The position numbers and the translations under genes are program-made. This document shows, piece by piece, positions 58,888 through 64,000 of a stretch of 64,000 bases of DNA. Position 1 is the stretch's first letter. Each line of letters starts with the position of its first letter. The stretch covers positions 96,001-160,000 of the forward strand of contig JAHPZH010000007.1 in the NCBI GenBank assembly GCA_019058315.1, in the 5' to 3' direction. Below the pieces are notes generated by a model. It searched no databases. It was not told the origin of the DNA and saw nothing but the letters and a program-made list of their open reading frames with translations. Origin of the DNA: Candidatus Helarchaeota archaeon (GTDB lineage: Archaea; Asgardarchaeota; Lokiarchaeia; Helarchaeales; RDOG01).

Positions 58888-59988
58888 TTAATTTTCAGAT
58901 CTATTTGAAAAATTTTTAGTAGAAATTCCCCTAGTTTCTAGCCAATTTTTTGTAGTTCCACTAATAATCAAGTTTGAATTCTTTAGATCGTTTAAATTCT
59001 TCGATTTAGTTAAAAACATGGCAATTTTAAGCTCTTTAATGAATTTTTCCATTAATTCTTTTAATTTATTATAATCATCTTCATATGCGGGTTTTAAGAA
59101 AGGAAGCGAAATTCCAACCAAATCTGCACCAATAGCAATAGCTTTTGCAATATCCAATCCATTTCGAACACCACCAGAAGAAATCAAATTAATACCAATT
59201 GTAGATGCCTCAATAGTGGCAACAGCAGTCGGAATTCCCCAATCCCAAAATGTTTTTGTAATTTCTGGTAAAGTTTTTACTTTATCTTTTGATCTATAAT
59301 ATTCCACAGCTGCCCAACTAGTTCCACCAACTCCACTGATATCAACTGCATCTATTTCAAGGTTTTTTAGTAACATTATTTCTTCTTTTGCTATCCCTGC
59401 TCCAGTTTCTTTAACTATTAATGGAATTTTTATATCTTTTTTGATTTTTTGGAGTCCATTTATAACTCCTTTATAAAATGGGTCTCCCTCACTCTGTAAA
59501 CATTCCTGTAATGCGTTCAAATGAATGGTAAATGCATTAGCTTGGATCATTTTAATTGCACGATTGATTTCAAACATACCATACTCATCTGAAATTTGAG
59601 GAGCACCAAGATTACCTATAATAAAAGCATCGGGAGCTGTCTCTCGTGCAATATTATAAGTATATTCCAAACTAGGATCTTTAATTGCGGCTCTTTGGCT
59701 TCCTAGAGCAAGACTAATGTTGAATTCTTTTGCAAGTTTGGCCAAATTTTTATTTATTTTTTTGCTAACTTCATGTCCTCCAGTCATTGCATTAATTAGA
59801 ATGGGACTATTAAATTGATGATTGAAAATATTTATTGAAGTATCAATTTCATTAAAATCAATTTCTGGAAGAGCTCGATGGATAAATTCAATATCTTGAA
59901 ACCCAGTTTTTTTATAATTTGCTTCTATATTCTCTTCTATACAAATTATGATATGTTCGAATTTACGATTTTCTATTTCTTCAGCCAT
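58888..59988 (-). CDS. fni: Type 2 isopentenyl-diphosphate isomerase
   Basis: RKFEH, NAMTGG, GSQR, HLNALQE, KETG, GGTSW. Confidence 0.96.
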   Translation of the reverse strand: MAEEIENRKFEHIIICIEENIEANYKKTGFQDIEFIHRALPEIDFNEIDTSINIFNHQFNSPILINAMTGGHEVSKKINKNLAKLAKEFNISLALGSQRAAIKDPSLEYTYNIARETAPDAFIIGNLGAPQISDEYGMFEINRAIKMIQANAFTIHLNALQECLQSEGDPFYKGVINGLQKIKKDIKIPLIVKETGAGIAKEEIMLLKNLEIDAVDISGVGGTSWAAVEYYRSKDKVKTLPEITKTFWDWGIPTAVATIEASTIGINLISSGGVRNGLDIAKAIAIGADLVGISLPFLKPAYEDDYNKLKELMEKFIKELKIAMFLTKSKNLNDLKNSNLIISGTTKNWLETRGISTKNFSNRSEN

Positions 59989-60000
59989 TTTTCATCTGTC

Positions 60001-61281
60001 CTAACTCTTTTTACCTCTTCCTAAACGTTCATGAGAAATTGATAAATGACCAGCAGATAATGCTGCACAAAGACTTATTTCACCGGCTAATGCGGTCGAT
60101 GTAATAATTTCTGCAAATTTTACTGCCATAGTACCAGGGGGTTTATCCTTATAAAAACCTGCACACCCTAAAATAGATAAACCTTCTTTTTGGGTGGGTA
60201 GATGAGTTCCTCCACCAGTAGTACCAATTTCTAATGATGGTAAAAGAAGGGACATATATAAATCATTATTTTCTAAAATTTCTGCAGTTAATATTCCCAT
60301 TGAGCTCTCTACTACTTGTGCTGGATCTTGTCCAGTAGCTAAAAAAATTGCTGCTATAATATTTGCTACATGAGCGTTAAGTCCATAGGCAGCCGCTTGT
60401 CCTGATCCGATATATATTTTTCGGAATACAACTTCAGCAATAGCTTCAGGTGTGGTCTTTAATGTCTCTTTAATATAAGATTTTGGTAAAACAACCTCAG
60501 CCTGTACTGTTTTACCCCTTCCTAAAATATAATTAAGTGCACTAGGTTTCTTATCAACACACATATTTCCTGAAGTTGCGATTAACTCACATTTAACAGG
60601 TCCTTTTTCTATAATGAAATCAGCTGCTTTTCTTGAACCCGTTGTTATCATATTCATTCCCATTGCATCTGCGGAAAATACTAAAAACCTTATAAATAAA
60701 CTTCTTCCTACTATCCAACTCTGGATATCCTTTAATATTGCGAAAGGATCGACATTTTTAAAAATTTCAGCAATTTTTTCAAAATGATCATTAATCCATT
60801 TAACCAAGATTTGACCATTTTCCGTGAATGGTGGTTCTATTATTTTAAAAACTGGAGCCCTTGCCATCATATTTTTTAAAACTTTTACATTACATCCCCC
60901 AGCATTCGTTATGATAGAACAACCTCTGTTTACAGATGCTACTAATGCACCTTCTGTCGTACATAGTGGGACATAATAATCACCTTTCGCAACTTCCCCA
61001 TTAACTTTTATAGGTCCTGCACACCCTATTGGTATAGAAGCACATCCAATCGGATTTTCTATGTTTCTGGAGGCAGTTAAATTCATATCTATTGAATAAT
61101 TCCCAATATTTTCTAATTTAATATGTTTAAGTTTTTCCAAAGCTTTTCTACGTAATGTTGTTGCTTTTTCAATGTCACCATCTACAAATTTTTCCACTTG
61201 ATATAATTTAATTTCACCAAGGACTATTTTTTCGATTATTTCTTGTTCATTCATTGGATGCAACTCAGAACTATAGATCAT
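60001..61281 (-). CDS. hmgA: HMG-CoA reductase (NADPH, class I)
   Basis: NIENPIG, TTEGALVAS, DAMGMNM, GQDPAQ, GGGT, AGEISL. Confidence 0.96.
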   Translation of the reverse strand: MIYSSELHPMNEQEIIEKIVLGEIKLYQVEKFVDGDIEKATTLRRKALEKLKHIKLENIGNYSIDMNLTASRNIENPIGCASIPIGCAGPIKVNGEVAKGDYYVPLCTTEGALVASVNRGCSIITNAGGCNVKVLKNMMARAPVFKIIEPPFTENGQILVKWINDHFEKIAEIFKNVDPFAILKDIQSWIVGRSLFIRFLVFSADAMGMNMITTGSRKAADFIIEKGPVKCELIATSGNMCVDKKPSALNYILGRGKTVQAEVVLPKSYIKETLKTTPEAIAEVVFRKIYIGSGQAAAYGLNAHVANIIAAIFLATGQDPAQVVESSMGILTAEILENNDLYMSLLLPSLEIGTTGGGTHLPTQKEGLSILGCAGFYKDKPPGTMAVKFAEIITSTALAGEISLCAALSAGHLSISHERLGRGKKS

Positions 61282-62930
61282 TTCAGCTTTATCATATCTT
61301 TTGCGAAATATCTTTTTATTAGAGAAATATATTTTTTCCCTGTTATTTCGTCCGGATTGTGTAATCTTTGAGAAAATGGATATATATTATTTAAATATTT
61401 CTTATATAGTTCTGTTACTTCGAAAATAGCACAACCTCCTCCAGCTCCGGAACCATACCAACCTGTCAAAATCTTGTCTCCTTCCATCAATTTAATAGTT
61501 GGGTTATCTGGATTTTCAAATCCAACTTTTTTTGCGGTTTCTTTATCAATCTTAATAGCATGTTCTGGTTCATTCACTATTTCAGCTAATCCGAACATTG
61601 TAGCTGCGGAATAAGTATTGCCCAGATAAATCACTGGTTTTCCAATAACACAAGGTTTCAATCCAGCTTCAATTCTACTTTTATCATCTAATTTATATTT
61701 CTGAACTTCTTTTTTCTCAAAATTATAATTGGGTTGATGAAAAGTGGCAGCAACTATTTCTTTAAGATCAATATTCATCATTTTTAAAGTCTTATTAATG
61801 GCTGCCTCTTGATATGCAAAATATGATGGGTTTCCAGTAAATGCATGACCATGAAATGGATAATTTTGATATTTACGACGAGCAAAATCTGGATGATCCC
61901 CTACATGTGTATTCATTGTTAAGTATTCTAAAATAACATTATATTTTGAAATAACCATACACACAGCTCCAGCTCCAGTATCTAAGTCTAAAGGATCGCC
62001 AGGAGATCCTTGAGCCACATCCGCCCCAATTAATAATGCAGTATCTATTTCTCCAGTTTTAATCATTGAAATGGCTGGCTTAATCTGCATTCCAGTTGCT
62101 ATACACGCAAATTCTGCATCATAAACAATAATGTTTTCGGGTGCACCTACGTAACTCATTACATTTGTAGCCGAGGGCTTTACCGAATATGGTTTGGATT
62201 CTGAGCCTACAACAATCATACCTATTGTCTCAACAATTTCAGGAGGTAATAATGAAAGTGCATCAGCAGCAGCATCCATGGCTAAAGTACTTGTATCTTG
62301 GTCCCAATTTGGAACGGTTACTTCTTTAACTCCCAAACCTTTTAAAATATAATTAGGATCGATATTCAAGTGTTTTGCCATATTTTGAGCAGTTGTTTTA
62401 TATCTAGGAATTGAAACTCCTATAGAAGCGATTCCGGGATTTTTACATTCAATTAGTTTATCTGTGAAAGGTATCTGTTTTTTTCTATTTATTGGTTTAG
62501 GTTTAAATTTAACCCCATAATATATTGCGCCATCTGGGTTATTATCTAATATTCGCATAGTTGGTTCTACTTCTTTACCGATCCATTCTTGAACAGAAAA
62601 TATTTTATTTGCTGGAATATCAATATCTGTTAGTTCAGTAGGAATTCTTACTTCAGATCCATCAAAATCTATCTTAATAATTCCCACTGCCTTATTTTTC
62701 ACCCATTCCAAACCGATTTGAGATTCTCTAGATATACTAATAGCATCAATAACTCCATCTTGTACTAGAGATACAGTATTTATTGTTCCACCTCTTCCAC
62801 ATTCAGGACAAATTTGTTTAATTTTAGAAGAAAAAAATATTTTGCCGCATTCTGAATGTTTATAACCTATTAATCTATGTCTAATATCCCTAGTTCTAGT
62901 ATAATAAGGTAAACCATAACGACTCATCAT
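61278..62930 (-). CDS. DUF35 (zinc ribbon/OB-fold)::HMG-CoA synthase fusion
   Basis: aa 1-143 RLIGYKHSECG..CPEC..LTD..YGVKF; aa 165-550 GSESKPYSVKP, EFAC, FHQPN, GNTYS, YGSGAG. Confidence 0.9.
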   Translation of the reverse strand: MMSRYGLPYYTRTRDIRHRLIGYKHSECGKIFFSSKIKQICPECGRGGTINTVSLVQDGVIDAISISRESQIGLEWVKNKAVGIIKIDFDGSEVRIPTELTDIDIPANKIFSVQEWIGKEVEPTMRILDNNPDGAIYYGVKFKPKPINRKKQIPFTDKLIECKNPGIASIGVSIPRYKTTAQNMAKHLNIDPNYILKGLGVKEVTVPNWDQDTSTLAMDAAADALSLLPPEIVETIGMIVVGSESKPYSVKPSATNVMSYVGAPENIIVYDAEFACIATGMQIKPAISMIKTGEIDTALLIGADVAQGSPGDPLDLDTGAGAVCMVISKYNVILEYLTMNTHVGDHPDFARRKYQNYPFHGHAFTGNPSYFAYQEAAINKTLKMMNIDLKEIVAATFHQPNYNFEKKEVQKYKLDDKSRIEAGLKPCVIGKPVIYLGNTYSAATMFGLAEIVNEPEHAIKIDKETAKKVGFENPDNPTIKLMEGDKILTGWYGSGAGGGCAIFEVTELYKKYLNNIYPFSQRLHNPDEITGKKYISLIKRYFAKDMIKLK

Positions 62931-62944
62931 AATATCCCACCAAA

Positions 62945-64000
62945 TTATTTTTCCAATATATGTATCATTTGTTTTGTTCCAGAAGCAGATTGTTCATGTA
63001 ATAAAGCAATTTTTGGGTTATTTTCTACTTGGTTTCTTCCTTTACCATTTAATTGATCAACTAATTGAACCAATCTACTCAATCCAGCTACACCCGGTAC
63101 ATTTCCATAAATATAAGTGCTTCCACAAGGATTTAATATAAAAGATCCACCTGTATCATTTTCATAAATTATATGTTTATTTCCGTAATCATCAGGTAAT
63201 GCTTTTAATTTATTTGAGATTTTTGGAAGTGCTGGATATTCTAAAATTTCTAATCCTTCCAAAGCTAATGGACCAACAATAGTGACTTTTGTATCCACAC
63301 TTACTAAATCCAAATCATTTGGAGTAATTTGTGCCTTTTCATAGGCAATATTTGCTGCTCTACTTAAAGCAGGGTAATGAAAAATATTATTTTGATTCCA
63401 AAATTCTGAGGGTCCAGTAGTACTCACTGAAGCTTTAATATAGATAGGTGATTTATATTCTCGAGCCCTTTCTACAGAGGTTAATAGAATAGCAGCCGCA
63501 CCATCATTTTTAGTAGAAGCGAAGTCATAAAATGTTAAAGGATCATAATATAATCTACTATCTGCATTTTCTTTTAAGTAATTAAATTGTGATAATTTCT
63601 TTGGACCTCTTGTCGCATTATATTTATCATTAATTGCGATTGATATAAGATCTTTATGAGTAGTTTTTGTTTCATGTAAATATTTGGAAGCTAAAGTTGC
63701 ATATACATTTTGCCACTTCCAATTCCATAGCCTTAAATTGGGATCTATGCTCTTATCGGAAACATCAACTGTATATTGTTGGTCAGAGCGTTTATCGCAA
63801 CCAGCTACAATTACAAATTCACATTCATTTGATTTAATCGCACTTATAGCAGCATTTAAAGCCTCACTGCCTTTTGAAAAACCATGCATTCTTGACATTA
63901 TCCCAAAATTAGAAGCAAAAATTGACTCCCATGCCAATTGACCTTTTTTCCCAATAACTGCAGATGCAGTAGCACTTGATAAGAATATTCCATCAAAATC
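62945..64000 (-). CDS. Thiolase-like protein (archaeal acetoacetyl-CoA thiolase family), catalytic residues degenerate; 5' end outside window
   Basis: DPLT.YD..DGAAA, AA..AY..A.ITP.DLD, LNP.G, QL.G...NQV; frame open to the window edge (DFDGIFLSSATAS..). Confidence 0.85.
   Translation of the reverse strand, partial: DFDGIFLSSATASAVIGKKGQLAWESIFASNFGIMSRMHGFSKGSEALNAAISAIKSNECEFVIVAGCDKRSDQQYTVDVSDKSIDPNLRLWNWKWQNVYATLASKYLHETKTTHKDLISIAINDKYNATRGPKKLSQFNYLKENADSRLYYDPLTFYDFASTKNDGAAAILLTSVERAREYKSPIYIKASVSTTGPSEFWNQNNIFHYPALSRAANIAYEKAQITPNDLDLVSVDTKVTIVGPLALEGLEILEYPALPKISNKLKALPDDYGNKHIIYENDTGGSFILNPCGSTYIYGNVPGVAGLSRLVQLVDQLNGKGRNQVENNPKIALLHEQSASGTKQMIHILEK

Noticed and set aside
5663-63941. 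Short antisense or overlapping ORFs in the track (e.g. 5663-5911, 9288-9545, 28554-28871, 40486-40761, 63684-63941)
   Set aside because: Shadow frames of well-supported genes with no recognisable motifs.
1-64000. CRISPR arrays, rRNA, IS elements, selenoprotein UGA read-through
   Set aside because: No regularly spaced repeats, long GC-rich RNA genes, transposase ORFs or conserved domains interrupted by in-frame TGA were seen.

Overview
AT-rich, gene-dense archaeal chromosome segment, most likely from an Asgard archaeon (Lokiarchaeia-like). That assignment is inferred from the unsplit RpoB, TFB/RpoP/Nep1/Rpp21, and eukaryote-like MPN, PCI-RING and synapsin-like proteins. It holds about 60 CDSs, two tandem tRNA-Gly genes, and no CRISPR, rRNA or recognisable mobile element. 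Housekeeping blocks are transcription/translation (TFB, aIF1/SUI1, RpoP, RpoB), tRNA/rRNA modification (Taw1, MtaB, TruA, Nep1, Rpp21), molybdopterin synthesis (moaC-moaB-moeA-moeA) and a mevalonate operon at the right edge. Strongest observations: (1) three adjacent genes (TFB, aIF1/SUI1, a radical SAM enzyme) have conserved N-termini that can only be translated from ATT/ATA codons behind good Shine-Dalgarno motifs, and aIF1 also has a uORF whose stop overlaps its ATA; (2) the mevalonate operon pairs a thiolase lacking its catalytic Cys/His residues with a DUF35::HMG-CoA synthase fusion; (3) a synapsin-like ATP-grasp protein; (4) a PadR plus HAAS-like/TM/zinc-ribbon pair with a tandem palindromic operator; (5) PCI-RING and JAMM-solenoid fusions; (6) an Lrp-linked SHMT paralogue lacking folate-reaction residues. 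All protein calls come from motif recognition by eye, not database searches.
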